Of a stretch of DNA of 32,000 bases, positions 1 through 12,675 are shown piece by piece (position 1 is the first letter of the stretch; each line of letters opens with the position of its first letter). The position numbers and the translations under genes are program-made. Source of the DNA: Pseudomonas aeruginosa (lineage in GTDB: Bacteria; Pseudomonadota; Gammaproteobacteria; Pseudomonadales; Pseudomonadaceae); contig NZ_LN831024.1 in assembly GCF_001457615.1 (NCBI RefSeq), positions 5,550,001 to 5,582,000 of the forward strand, written 5' to 3'. The notes below the pieces were generated by a model. That model worked only from the letters and a program-made list of their open reading frames with translations. It did not search any database and was not told where the DNA came from.

Positions 1-382
1 CAGCCACGTGCTGATCGAGGTCGGCGTGGCCCACGCCGGCCACGGCGGCTACCAGGCGCCGGCGGAGCGCAAGGCGGCGAGCATCGTGGTCGACTTCATC
101 ACCCCGGAGAGCGCCACTTCCATCTGGTACTTCTGGGGCATGGCGCGCAACTTCCAGGCCCACGACCAGGCGCTCACCGAGAGCATTCGCGAAGGCCAGG
201 GAAAGATCTTCGGCGAAGACCTGGAAATGCTCGAAAGCCAGCAGCGCAACCTGCTGCGCCATCCACGGCGCGACCTGCTGAAACTGAACATCGACGCCGG
301 CGGCGTGCAGGCCCGGCGCATCATCGAGCGCCTGCTGGCGGACGAGCGCCAGGCCGCCGCCCCCAACCGCGCCCAGGCCTGA
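1..382 (+). CDS. vanA: C-terminal fragment of a Rieske-type aromatic O-demethylase oxygenase subunit (vanillate O-demethylase VanA-like); the 5' end lies outside the window
   Basis: Frame 2 is open from the window edge to TGA at 380-382. The translated tail (FITPESATSIWYFWGMARNF...EDLEMLESQQRNL) resembles the C-terminal end of VanA/phthalate-family oxygenases. The partner reductase gene follows 14 nt downstream. Confidence 0.7.
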   Translation, partial: SHVLIEVGVAHAGHGGYQAPAERKAASIVVDFITPESATSIWYFWGMARNFQAHDQALTESIREGQGKIFGEDLEMLESQQRNLLRHPRRDLLKLNIDAGGVQARRIIERLLADERQAAAPNRAQA

Positions 383-396
383 CGGGAGCCTTCGCC

Positions 397-1350
397 ATGA
401 TCGAGGTCATCGTCGGCGCCATCCGCCTGGAGGCGCAGGATATCCACAGCTTCGAACTGTTCCGGGCCGACGGGGCGGCCCTGCCGTCCTTCGAGCCGGG
501 CGCACACATCGACCTGCACCTGCCCAACGGCCTGGTCCGCCAGTACTCCCTCTGCGGCCCCGCCGAACGGCCGCGCCACTACCGTATCGCCGTACTCCGC
601 TGCCGCGATTCGCGCGGCGGCTCGGCCACGCTGCACGCCGAACTGCGGGTCGGCCAGCGCCTGCACATCGGCGAGCCGCGCAATCTCTTCCCGCTGTCGC
701 CGGAGCCCGGTCCGCGCCTGCTGTTCGCCGGCGGCATCGGCATCACGCCGCTGCTGGCGATGGCCGAACGCCTGGCCCGCGATGGCGCCGACTTCCAGTT
801 GCACTACTGCGCGCATTCCGCCGAGCGCGCGGCCTTCGTCGACTACCTTGGCCGGTGCGCCTTCGCCGACCGCGTGCACTGCCACTTCGACCACGGCGAA
901 AGCAGCCGGCGCGCGGACCTTCGCGCCCTGCTGGCGACCAGTCCGCGCGACGCCCAGCTATACCTTTGCGGGCCGGCGGGCTTCATGCAGTGGATCGAAG
1001 AAAGCGCCCGCGAACTGGGCTGGGAAGCAAGCCGCTTGCATCGCGAGCACTTCGCCGCCGCGCCACGAGACGCCAGTGCGGACGGCACCTTCGAAGTGCA
1101 GTTGGCGAGCAACGGGGCGCTGATCCGGGTCGCCGCCGGGCAGACCGTGCTGGCGGCCCTGCGCGAAGCCGGGGTGGACCTGCCGGCCTCCTGCGAGCAG
1201 GGCATCTGCGGCACCTGCCTGACCCGCGTGCTGGACGGCGAGCCGGAGCATCGCGACCTCTACCTCAGCGAAGAGGAGCAGGCCGCCAACGATTGCTTCA
1301 CGCCCTGCTGTTCGCGTTCGCGCAGCCCACGGCTGGTGCTGGATCTCTAG
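397..1350 (+). CDS. vanB: Oxidoreductase (FMN/NAD(P)H/2Fe-2S) component of vanillate O-demethylase, phthalate dioxygenase reductase family
   Basis: ATG at 397, TAG at 1348-1350, 317 aa. Carries the RxYS FMN motif (VRQYSL), the GGIGITP nucleotide-binding motif and a C-terminal plant-type 2Fe-2S motif (CEQGICGTC...C). Sits directly after the oxygenase subunit. Confidence 0.85.
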   Translation: MIEVIVGAIRLEAQDIHSFELFRADGAALPSFEPGAHIDLHLPNGLVRQYSLCGPAERPRHYRIAVLRCRDSRGGSATLHAELRVGQRLHIGEPRNLFPLSPEPGPRLLFAGGIGITPLLAMAERLARDGADFQLHYCAHSAERAAFVDYLGRCAFADRVHCHFDHGESSRRADLRALLATSPRDAQLYLCGPAGFMQWIEESARELGWEASRLHREHFAAAPRDASADGTFEVQLASNGALIRVAAGQTVLAALREAGVDLPASCEQGICGTCLTRVLDGEPEHRDLYLSEEEQAANDCFTPCCSRSRSPRLVLDL

Positions 1351-2060
1351 TCGGCGGCGACGTCGCCGTGAAGCACGGTGACACCCTGCCGCGCCGGATC
1401 GAAGTAGTCGGCGTAGCGCAGGGTCGCATTGGCGTGCTCGCGCATGATCGCCTCGGCGCGCGCCCCCTGGCCGTTGACCAGCGCGTCGACCACCGCGTGG
1501 TGCTGCATGTGGGCAAAGTTGAAACGGCGGAATTCCTGCTCGAGATTGTCGCGATCCACCGCCAGGGCGCTCACCGAGGCGAACGGCAGGTGGTCGTTGC
1601 GCGCCAGCGCCACGGCGATCGCCGGGTTGCCGCTGGCCTCGATGATGGTGCGGTGGAAACGCATGTTCATGCGCTGGTAGCGCTCCAGCTCCTCCAGCAG
1701 GACCTGGCCGTTGGCGAACAATCGGTCGCCCTCGGCCAGGCATTCCTCCAGGGTCGCCCGTGCCTCGGCGGACAGCCCGCGCTCGGCCGCCTGGCGTGCC
1801 GCCAGGCCTTCCAGAACGCCGCGCACCTCGACCGCGCCGGCGATATCCTCGCGGGTCACCGCGCGCACCCTGTAGCCGCGCCCGGTCTTGCACAGCAGGC
1901 CTTCCTGCTCGAGGGTACGCAGGGCGATGCGCACCGGCATGCGCGAGACCTGCAGGCGTTCGGCGGTGGGAATCTCGACGATGCGCTCGCCGGCGGCGAG
2001 TTCGCCGGAAGCGATCAGCTTGCGTAGCTCGGCCAGCACGCGTTGGCCCGGTTTGCTCAT
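1347..2060 (-). CDS. vanR: GntR-family (FadR/FCD subfamily) transcriptional regulator, VanR-like by context
   Basis: 237 aa. N-terminal winged HTH (IPTAERLQVSRMPVRIALRTLEQEGLL) and a C-terminal all-helical FCD-like domain. Convergent with vanB; the two stop codons share the CTAG at 1347-1350. The VanR name rests only on the vanAB neighbourhood. Confidence 0.7.
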   Translation of the reverse strand: MSKPGQRVLAELRKLIASGELAAGERIVEIPTAERLQVSRMPVRIALRTLEQEGLLCKTGRGYRVRAVTREDIAGAVEVRGVLEGLAARQAAERGLSAEARATLEECLAEGDRLFANGQVLLEELERYQRMNMRFHRTIIEASGNPAIAVALARNDHLPFASVSALAVDRDNLEQEFRRFNFAHMQHHAVVDALVNGQGARAEAIMREHANATLRYADYFDPARQGVTVLHGDVAAD

Positions 2061-2123
2061 GGAATTCGCTTATTCGATCGGGACGTCCGGGGCATCATAG
2101 CGTGCCCCGGCCGCCTCCGCCGG

Positions 2124-3242
<1,119 letters not shown>

Positions 3243-3243
<1 letters not shown>

Positions 3244-4175
3244 CAGGCGGCGTTATCCACAACCCGGCGCGCGGCGACCAGGTCCTCCAGCGCATAACCC
3301 ACCGACTTGAACAGGGTGATTTCCCCGGGATCGCCGCGCCGCCCTGCCCCGCCCAGCAAGTCGCGCAGTTCGGTGGATATCGCCTCGCGCCCGATGGCGC
3401 CTTCGGCGATCGCCTGCAACAGGTCGCCGGCCTCTTCCAGCGCGCCTGCGCGGGTATCCACCACGACCCGCGCGCGCGCCACCGCCAGGGCGTCAGTCTC
3501 GCGCATGGACGGCAGGAAGGCGCCGACCAGGTCGAGATGGACGCCCGGCTTCAGCCATGCGCCGCGCACCAGCGCTTCGCGGGAGGTGGTAACGCAACTG
3601 ACGCAATCGGCCGCCTCCACCGCCGCGCGCAACCCGTCGGCCGCTCGCGCCGGGTAGCCCTCCTCGCGCAGCCGGGCGGCCAGCGCGGCGGCCTTGGCCG
3701 GATCGCGGCCCCAGATGTCGATGTGGCGATAGTCGCGCACGCAGGCGTGGGCCCGCACCATGTGCGCAGCCAGGGTTCCGCAGCCGACCACCAGCAGGCG
3801 CCGCGCATCGTCCCGCGCCAGGTAGTCGGCGGCCAGCGCCGAGCTGCAGGCGGTACGCCGGGCGGTCAGCTCCGAAGCCTCCAGCAACGCCAGCGGGCGA
3901 CCGTCTTCGCCGTCGAACAGAGCGAACACCGCGGCCACCGCCGGCAGGCCACGCGCCCCATTGCCAGGGAACACCGTCACCAGTTTCACGCCGATCCCCT
4001 CACCGGCCTGCCACACCGGCATCTGTAGCAGCGAGGCCTGCGCCGGCAAGGCATGGCAGCTGCGCAGCGGCGCACTGCAAGGCTTGGCCAGGCCGATGCG
4101 CAACGCCTCGATCAGTTGTGGATAAGACAGGCGCTCGGCGACCTCGGCGTTGCTGAAAAAGCGCAGGCTGTGCAT
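3243..4175 (-). CDS. Ornithine cyclodeaminase / mu-crystallin family NAD(P)-dependent enzyme (substrate not assignable from sequence)
   Basis: 310 aa. Rossmann motif VVGCGTLAAHMV in the family-typical position. ATG at 4175 is preceded by GGAGG. It is the last gene of the ABC operon, 70 nt after the livF-like gene. Confidence 0.85.
3253..3261 (+). promoter_or_regulatory. Perfect consensus DnaA box TTATCCACA (inside the last codons of the cyclodeaminase CDS)
   Basis: Exact 9/9 match. On the minus strand it encodes ...V-D-N... of the C-terminus VVDNAA*. Confidence 0.55.
4117..4125 (-). promoter_or_regulatory. Perfect consensus DnaA box (plus strand TGTGGATAA), inside the 5' end of the cyclodeaminase CDS
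   Basis: Exact 9/9 match on the minus strand; it encodes S-Y-P-Q (TCT TAT CCA CAA). Confidence 0.5.
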
Positions 4176-4208
4176 AAGTCGAGTTTCCTCCGTGGCTCCA
4201 GGGCAGCG

Positions 4209-4239
4209 CCCGCCCCGGCGGCCAGGCAGCCGGGGCGGG
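4209..4239 (-). other. GC-rich intercistronic hairpin between the livF-like and cyclodeaminase genes (no U-tract)
   Basis: Arms CCCGCCCCGGC (4209-4219) and GCCGGGGCGGG (4229-4239) form an 11-bp stem with a 9-nt loop. On the minus strand the cyclodeaminase RBS follows, not a T-run. Confidence 0.5.
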
Positions 4240-4245
4240 GCGCGC

Positions 4246-4958
4246 TCAATGTCCGCCGAGATAGGCGTTGCGCACCTCCTGGTTGCCGAGCAGTTCTTCG
4301 CCGCTGCCGCTCATGCGGATTTCCCCGGTGACCATCACGTAGGCGCGGTCGGAGAGCTTCAGCGCATGGTTGGCGTTCTGCTCGACGAGGAAGATGGTCA
4401 TGCCGCTCCTGGCCAGCTCGCGCAGGGTCTGGAAGATCTGCTTGACCACGATCGGCGCCAGGCCCAGGGAGGGCTCGTCGAGCAACAGCAACTTCGGCCG
4501 GCTCATCAGCGCGCGGGCGATGGCGAGCATCTGCTGCTCGCCGCCGGACATGGTCATGGCGCGCTGGTTGCGCCGCTCCTTCAGGCGCGGGAACAGCTCG
4601 AACATGCGCTGCATGTCCTCCTCGGCGTGGTCCATGCCGATGGGAATGGTACCCATCAGCAGGTTTTCCTCGACGCTCATGTCGGGGAACACCCGGCGTC
4701 CTTCCGGCGACTGCGCGATGCCGTTGGACGCCACGTAGTGCGCCGACTTCTGGCGGATGTCCTGGCCGCGATAGAGGATCTGCCCGGCCGCCGCACGCGG
4801 CTGGCCGAAGATCGACATCAACAGCGTCGACTTGCCCGCGCCGTTGGCGCCGATCAGGCTCACCGTCTCGCCCTCGTTGACCTGCAGCGAGACCTTCTTC
4901 AGCGCCTGGATCGGCCCGTAGAACACGTCCACCTCACGGAATTCCAGCAACGCCGCGC

Positions 4959-4962
<4 letters not shown>
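4246..4962 (-). CDS. Branched-chain/hydrophobic amino-acid ABC transporter ATP-binding protein, LivF/BraG-like
   Basis: 238 aa. Walker A GANGAGKST, signature MSGGEQQ, Walker B LLLLDEPS. ATGA start/stop overlap with the upstream ATPase gene. Confidence 0.9.
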
Positions 4963-7105
<2,143 letters not shown>

Positions 7106-7115
7106 CGTCGTCCCC

Positions 7116-8030
<915 letters not shown>

Positions 8031-8221
8031 TTTTCAGTCTCTTCAGGGCGAATCGCGACGGCCTTTGTAAGGCGCGCCGGCGCTCGCCGGTGAAAGCGGA
8101 CGGGTGCTACTGAAACGGCCCCGGATCGCGGGACTCCAGACCGACCACACGCAGACGTCTTCGGTGAATCCGCACTACGGCGGCAAGCACGGGCGAGCAC
8201 TTCAGCAGCTCCCGGACTTAC

Positions 8222-8251
8222 CCATGCGCCGGGCCTGTGCCCGGCGCATGG
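8222..8251 (-). other. Strong intercistronic hairpin just downstream of the binding-protein gene (13-bp stem, 4-nt loop, no U-tract)
   Basis: CCATGCGCCGGGC-ctgt-GCCCGGCGCATGG. It lies 14 nt after the binding-protein stop, inside a 234-nt gap before the first permease gene. Confidence 0.6.
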
Positions 8252-8264
8252 CGGTCGAGCGCGA

Positions 8265-9389
8265 TCAGGGCAACTGGTGGTACTTGCCCTTGTCGTCCCA
8301 CTCGTAGACCACGTAGTCGGAGACTTTCAGGTCGCCCTTCTTGTCCCATTCCTTCTTGCCCATCACGGTCTGCACCGGATGCGACTTCAGCCACTCGGCG
8401 GCCTTGGCCGGATCGTTGGCGCCGGCGCCGTTGAAGGCCGCCGCCAGGGACTGGATCGAGGCGTAGGAGTAGAGGGTGTAGCCTTCCGGCTCGAAACCGC
8501 CGGCACGGAACTTCTCCACCACCGCCTTGCCGTCGGGGATCAGCCGCGGGTCGGCGCCGAAGGTCATCAGCACGCCCTTGACGTACTGCGGACCGCCGGC
8601 GGTGGTCGCCAGTTCGTCGGTGACCACGCCGTCGTCGGACATGAACCTGGCGGTCAGTCCCTGTTCGCGCATCTGCCGTACCAGCGGACCGGCTTCCGGA
8701 TGCAGGCCGCCGAAGTAGACGACCTCGGCACCGGAGGCGCGGATCTTGGTGACCAGCGCGTTGAAGTCCTTCTCGCCGCGGGTCAGGCCCTCGTAGAGAA
8801 CCTCTTTCACGCCGAGCTTGTTCAGTTGCGCCCTGGTGGCGTCCGCCAGGCCCTGGCCGTAGGTGTCCTTGTCATGGATCACCGCGACCTTCTTGGCCTT
8901 GAGCACGTTGACGATATAGTCGCCGGCGACCACGCCCTGCTGGTCGTCGCGGCCGCACATGCGGAACATCCCGGAGAGTCCGCGCTCGGTGACCTGCGGG
9001 TTGGTGGAACCGGGGGTGATGGCGATGATCCCGGCCTCGTCGTAGACCTCGGATGCGGGGATGGTCGAAGAAGAGCAGAAATGGCCGACCACGGCGATGG
9101 CCTTGTCCTGGTCCACCAGGCGGTTGGCCACGGCCACGGCCTGCTTCGGTTCGCAGGCGTCGTCGGCCTTGACCAGCTTGATCTTCTCGCCGTTGATCCC
9201 ACCCGCCGCGTTGATGTCTTCCGCCGCCTGGGACGCGCCGCGCCAGTATTGCTCGCCGAAGGAGGCGTTGGCGCCGGTATGCGGTCCGGCCACGCCGATC
9301 ACGACGTCGGCCAGCGCATGCGTGGAAAGACCCATCACGGATGAAACCGCGAGAGCCAGGATGCCTTTTCTGAACAGCTTCTTGGACAT
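8265..9389 (-). CDS. Periplasmic amino-acid-binding protein, Leu/Ile/Val-binding (LivJ/BraC) family
   Basis: 374 aa from ATG 9389 (MSKKLFRKGILALAVSSVMGLSTHALA, a signal peptide), preceded by AGGAG. The residues upstream of it in the 413-aa track ORF are not protein-like. Confidence 0.9.
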   Translation of the reverse strand: MSKKLFRKGILALAVSSVMGLSTHALADVVIGVAGPHTGANASFGEQYWRGASQAAEDINAAGGINGEKIKLVKADDACEPKQAVAVANRLVDQDKAIAVVGHFCSSSTIPASEVYDEAGIIAITPGSTNPQVTERGLSGMFRMCGRDDQQGVVAGDYIVNVLKAKKVAVIHDKDTYGQGLADATRAQLNKLGVKEVLYEGLTRGEKDFNALVTKIRASGAEVVYFGGLHPEAGPLVRQMREQGLTARFMSDDGVVTDELATTAGGPQYVKGVLMTFGADPRLIPDGKAVVEKFRAGGFEPEGYTLYSYASIQSLAAAFNGAGANDPAKAAEWLKSHPVQTVMGKKEWDKKGDLKVSDYVVYEWDDKGKYHQLP

Positions 9390-9463
9390 GGGGTGTTGCT
9401 CCTGAGGATGATGTTGGCGCTCGTAACTACGATGTTGTTGTTGTGTTTCGCTCAACAGGCAGA

Positions 9464-9478
9464 GCAAGCGGCGTGCCA
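9464..9478 (-). promoter_or_regulatory. Sigma-54 (RpoN) -24/-12 promoter for the ABC/cyclodeaminase operon
   Basis: The minus strand reads aaTGGCACGccgcTTGCTctg. This matches every specified position of TGGCACG-N4-TTGCW. The predicted start is near 9452, giving a ~60-nt leader before ATG 9389. Confidence 0.65.
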
Positions 9479-9549
9479 TTCGTTTTTTTCCTGAGTGGCC
9501 GGCCACAAGAACTTTAGCCCTCCTTTCCGTTTTTATCTTTGTTATTGGA

Positions 9550-9562
9550 AATCAGTCATTTA
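9550..9562 (+). promoter_or_regulatory. IHF-like site between the sigma-54 promoter and the upstream dyad
   Basis: AATCAGTCATTTA matches WATCAR-N4-TTR. It is embedded in a T-tract-rich, AT-rich stretch. Confidence 0.35.
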
Positions 9563-9664
9563 GGCATTTCTCCGAATCCCCTTCGGAGAGCTACAGCCCA
9601 GGCTTCACAAGGCCTGAACCGTTCCTAGGAATAACTCTACAACGATATTGAAGCGGTTAGAAAC

Positions 9665-9681
9665 TGCACGTCACTGGTGCG
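9665..9681. promoter_or_regulatory. NtrC-type enhancer dyad (candidate UAS)
   Basis: TGCACG-TCACT-GGTGCG versus the enterobacterial NtrC consensus TGCACY-N5-GGTGCA (10/12 specified positions). It lies about 220 bp upstream of the predicted start. Confidence 0.4.
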
Positions 9682-10008
9682 TTCCACGCACTAATTGAGG
9701 TCCTCTTTTTCAATGAAAGTGCAGGACAGAGCGGTTTTTAAAATTAATATGAACATGAACTTCCTGGAATTCGGTACTTGGCGGAAAAAGTCGATTCGAA
9801 TACGACATGAACATATCCGTTAGCGACGCCACGTTCGGCGCAAAACCCTGTGACGGATTCGTCATAAGCCAGCGAATGCTCTATCGCGAGACTTGCCGGC
9901 AGTAATAAGCGTCGCCCGGCACTCCGGCAAGCGAGCTTTCCTCCCTACGTCATTCCGTTTATTCATATAACGCGTTCCGCCCGCTCCACCCGCGCCAGGA
10001 AACCCGCC

Positions 10009-10947
10009 ATGCTGAACAAACGCCGCCTGCCGTCGATGACCGCCCTGCAATGCTTCGAAGCGGTAGCCCGGCACCTGAGCTTCACCCGCGCCGCCGAAGA
10101 GTTGAGCCTGACCCAGAGCGCCATGAGCAAGCAGGTCGCGCAACTCGAGGAGCAACTGCAGCACGCCCTGTTCCGCCGGGTGCGCAAGCGCTTGCAACTG
10201 ACCCCGGCCGGCGAGCTGTACCTGGCCGAGGTACGACGCATCCTGCAACAGGTAGAGCTGTCCACCCGCTTCCTGCTTTCCTACGGCGGCGAGACCGAAG
10301 TGCTGCGAGTGGCGACCCCGCCGACCTTCGGCGCGCGCTGGCTGATCCCGCAACTGAACGGCTGGCGCCACCGCCACCCGAACATCCACCTCGACCTGCG
10401 CCAGGAACTGGAACCGGACGACCTGCGCCAGGGCCATTGCGACCTGGCGTTCTTCTTCGGCCCCGGCACCCTGCCGGGCGCCGAGTGCATCCGCCTGTTC
10501 GGCGAACAACTGGTGGCGGTCTGCGCGCCATCCCTGCTGCCGGCCGGCGGACTGGACGAACCGACCCAACTGGCGGGGCTGGTGCTGCTGCAGAACGCCA
10601 GCCGCGCGGAGGCCTGGCACGACTGGTTCGCCAGCCTGGAGCGAAATTGCCAGGGTTGCTACCACGGTCCACGCTTCGACACCTTCTACATGTGCATCCG
10701 CGCCGCCCAGGCCGGTTGCGGGGTAGCCTTGCTACCGCGCTTCCTGGTCGAGGAGGAACTCGCCGAAGGCAAGCTGGCGATCGCCTGGCCGCACGCCCTG
10801 CCCAGCCAGGAGGCCTACTACCTGGCCTATCCCGAGCATGCCGCGGAAGTCCCCAAGGTGCGCCATTTCATCGAGTGGATGGTAGAGCGCCTGGAGCAGG
10901 AGCAACCCTCAGCGGGCCCCCGCCAGACGCGCCACGGCCCGGTTTGA
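10009..10947 (+). CDS. LysR-family transcriptional regulator (GcvA-like)
   Basis: 312 aa. N-terminal HTH ([35 protein letters not shown]) and a LysR substrate-binding domain. AGGAAA lies 8 nt before the ATG. Confidence 0.9.
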   Translation: MLNKRRLPSMTALQCFEAVARHLSFTRAAEELSLTQSAMSKQVAQLEEQLQHALFRRVRKRLQLTPAGELYLAEVRRILQQVELSTRFLLSYGGETEVLRVATPPTFGARWLIPQLNGWRHRHPNIHLDLRQELEPDDLRQGHCDLAFFFGPGTLPGAECIRLFGEQLVAVCAPSLLPAGGLDEPTQLAGLVLLQNASRAEAWHDWFASLERNCQGCYHGPRFDTFYMCIRAAQAGCGVALLPRFLVEEELAEGKLAIAWPHALPSQEAYYLAYPEHAAEVPKVRHFIEWMVERLEQEQPSAGPRQTRHGPV

Positions 10948-11003
10948 CGTTTCCGCTGCGCGGAACCATCTTTACTCTCACTCGGTTCACCTCGGAACGT
11001 CCC

Positions 11004-12629
11004 ATGCTCACTGGCGTCACGGTTCGAATCCGCCTGCTGGTCCTGGCGCTGCTACCGCTGACGATGCTCGTCACGGTCATCGCGATGGCGCTGGCCAACG
11101 CCAGTCGACTCGATGCCAGCTTCCAGGACCTTTTCAACAACCGGATGAAGCCCATCAGCCAGCTCAAGATCGTCGCCGACGCCGTTGCGGTCAGCGTGGT
11201 CGACGCCCTGCACAAGTACCGTGCGGGGGTCTTCGATGAAGAGCGCCTGCAGCAGGAGTTGAGTGGGGCGCTGTCGCGCATCGAGAAGTCGTGGGCCGAC
11301 TATTCCGCAGACCACCGGACTGCCGCCGAGAAGGAAATCATCGAGTCGCTGGTCCCCACCTTGGAACGGGTCAAGCGGATGACCCTGGCATACGGCGAGC
11401 AGGCCAGGGCCGGAAGCCTGCGAAACGTCGAGGCCGGCACGTTCAATCGCGAGATGTATGGTGCGTTCGATCCGCTGGGAACCGCGCTGTCGACGCTGAT
11501 CGACCTGCAGCTCAGTGAAGGCGCCAAGCTCAACGAGCAGATGGAGAAACGCTACGACTCCATGCGCACCACCTTCCTGCTCATCGGCGCCGCAGCCCTG
11601 GTCCTCATCGTCGCCGCGGCCTGGTTCATCAGCCTGTCGATCATGCGCCCGCTTTCCGATCTGCGCGGGGTGATCCGCCGCGTGCAGGACTCCTCGAATC
11701 TCACGCTCCGCGCCGATGCGCGCGGGCGCGACGAAGTGTCCGATACGGCGCGCGCCTTCAATATGATGCTGGAAAGCCAGCAGGCGCTGCTTCGGCATCT
11801 CGCCGATACAGCCAGGAAGCTCACCATCACCTCGGACGAGATGAGTGCCATCAGCAACCAGGTCAGCCATGTCGCCACGTCCCAGGGCGACCAGACCGAC
11901 ATGGTCGCCACGGCGGTACACCAGATGAGCATGGCGGTCCAGGACGTGGCGCGGAACGCCCAGGCCGCCGCAGCCAGCGCGGAATCGGCGAACAGCGAGG
12001 CGCACACCGGAACCGGACTCGTGCATGCGAACCTCGACGCCATCCAGGGCCTGTCGGTCATGGTCGGAGAGGCGGGAGCCGTCATCGACACGCTACGCAA
12101 CAAGACCGAGGAAATCAGCACCGTTCTGGAAGTCATCCAGAACATCGCCCAGCAAACCAACCTGCTCGCCCTCAATGCCGCGATAGAAGCCGCACGGGCG
12201 GGCGAGGCCGGACGCGGGTTCGCGGTGGTCGCCGATGAAGTGCGCAGCCTGGCCACCAATACGCACAAGGCCACCGAAACCATCCGCGAGATGATCGAAG
12301 CCCTGCAGGCAGGCGCCAGCAGCGCGGTCAGCGTGATGCAGCAGTCACGCGAGCAGGCCCAGGTCAGCGTCCAGCGCGCCCACGAGGCGGGAAAGGCGCT
12401 CGGTCTCATCGCCCAGGCGGTCGAAGGTATCGCCCAGAGCAACGCGCAGATATCCACGGCGACGGAAGAACAGACCGCCACCGCGAGCGAGGTCAGCCAG
12501 AACATCGACTCGCTCAATGCCAGCATCGGCGAAGTCGCCGAGGGCGCGGTGAAGACCTCCACCTCCAGTGTCGAGCTGGCGAAGCTGGCAAACGGACTGG
12601 AGCAGCAGATCCAGCGCTTCACCGTCTAG
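11004..12629 (+). CDS. Methyl-accepting chemotaxis protein (two TM helices, ~160-aa periplasmic helical sensor, HAMP, MA domain)
   Basis: 541 aa from ATG 11004 ([19 protein letters not shown]...). Conserved signalling hairpin [35 protein letters not shown]. The 859-aa track ORF is a run-on overlapping the LysR gene in another frame. Confidence 0.88.
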   Translation: MLTGVTVRIRLLVLALLPLTMLVTVIAMALANASRLDASFQDLFNNRMKPISQLKIVADAVAVSVVDALHKYRAGVFDEERLQQELSGALSRIEKSWADYSADHRTAAEKEIIESLVPTLERVKRMTLAYGEQARAGSLRNVEAGTFNREMYGAFDPLGTALSTLIDLQLSEGAKLNEQMEKRYDSMRTTFLLIGAAALVLIVAAAWFISLSIMRPLSDLRGVIRRVQDSSNLTLRADARGRDEVSDTARAFNMMLESQQALLRHLADTARKLTITSDEMSAISNQVSHVATSQGDQTDMVATAVHQMSMAVQDVARNAQAAAASAESANSEAHTGTGLVHANLDAIQGLSVMVGEAGAVIDTLRNKTEEISTVLEVIQNIAQQTNLLALNAAIEAARAGEAGRGFAVVADEVRSLATNTHKATETIREMIEALQAGASSAVSVMQQSREQAQVSVQRAHEAGKALGLIAQAVEGIAQSNAQISTATEEQTATASEVSQNIDSLNASIGEVAEGAVKTSTSSVELAKLANGLEQQIQRFTV

Positions 12630-12634
12630 CAAGC

Positions 12635-12672
12635 GCGGCAGGGAGCGGCCTCACCGGCCCTGCCGCACCCGT
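12635..12672 (+). terminator. Candidate terminator after the chemoreceptor gene
   Basis: GCGGCAGGG (12635-12643) pairs with CCCTGCCGC (12658-12666), giving a 9-bp stem and a 14-nt loop. It is followed by acccGTTTGT, which is only a weak U-tract. Confidence 0.35.
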
Positions 12673-12675
12673 TTG

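Noticed and set aside
2087-2110. Hairpin CCGGGGCA-N8-TGCCCCGG between the ydfG stop and the vanR-like start, as a possible terminator
   Set aside because: No U-tract follows on the minus strand. It may attenuate or stabilise the transcript, but I cannot call it a terminator. The 63-nt gap leaves it unclear whether the vanR-like gene has its own promoter.
9749-9823. 24-aa small ORF (MNMNFLEFGTWRKKSIRIRHEHIR) in the AT-rich intergenic region
   Set aside because: No Shine-Dalgarno sequence, and the length is not significant. The ATGAAC repeats that create it look more like DNA-level motifs.
10948-11003. Sigma-54-like GGAACC-N5-TTAC upstream of the chemoreceptor
   Set aside because: It lacks the invariant GC of the -12 element.
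10050-12629. 859-aa plus-strand ORF overlapping the LysR gene
   Set aside because: The first ~318 aa are Arg/Pro/Ala-rich alternate-frame translation of the LysR gene and the spacer. Chemoreceptor-like sequence begins at ATG 11004.
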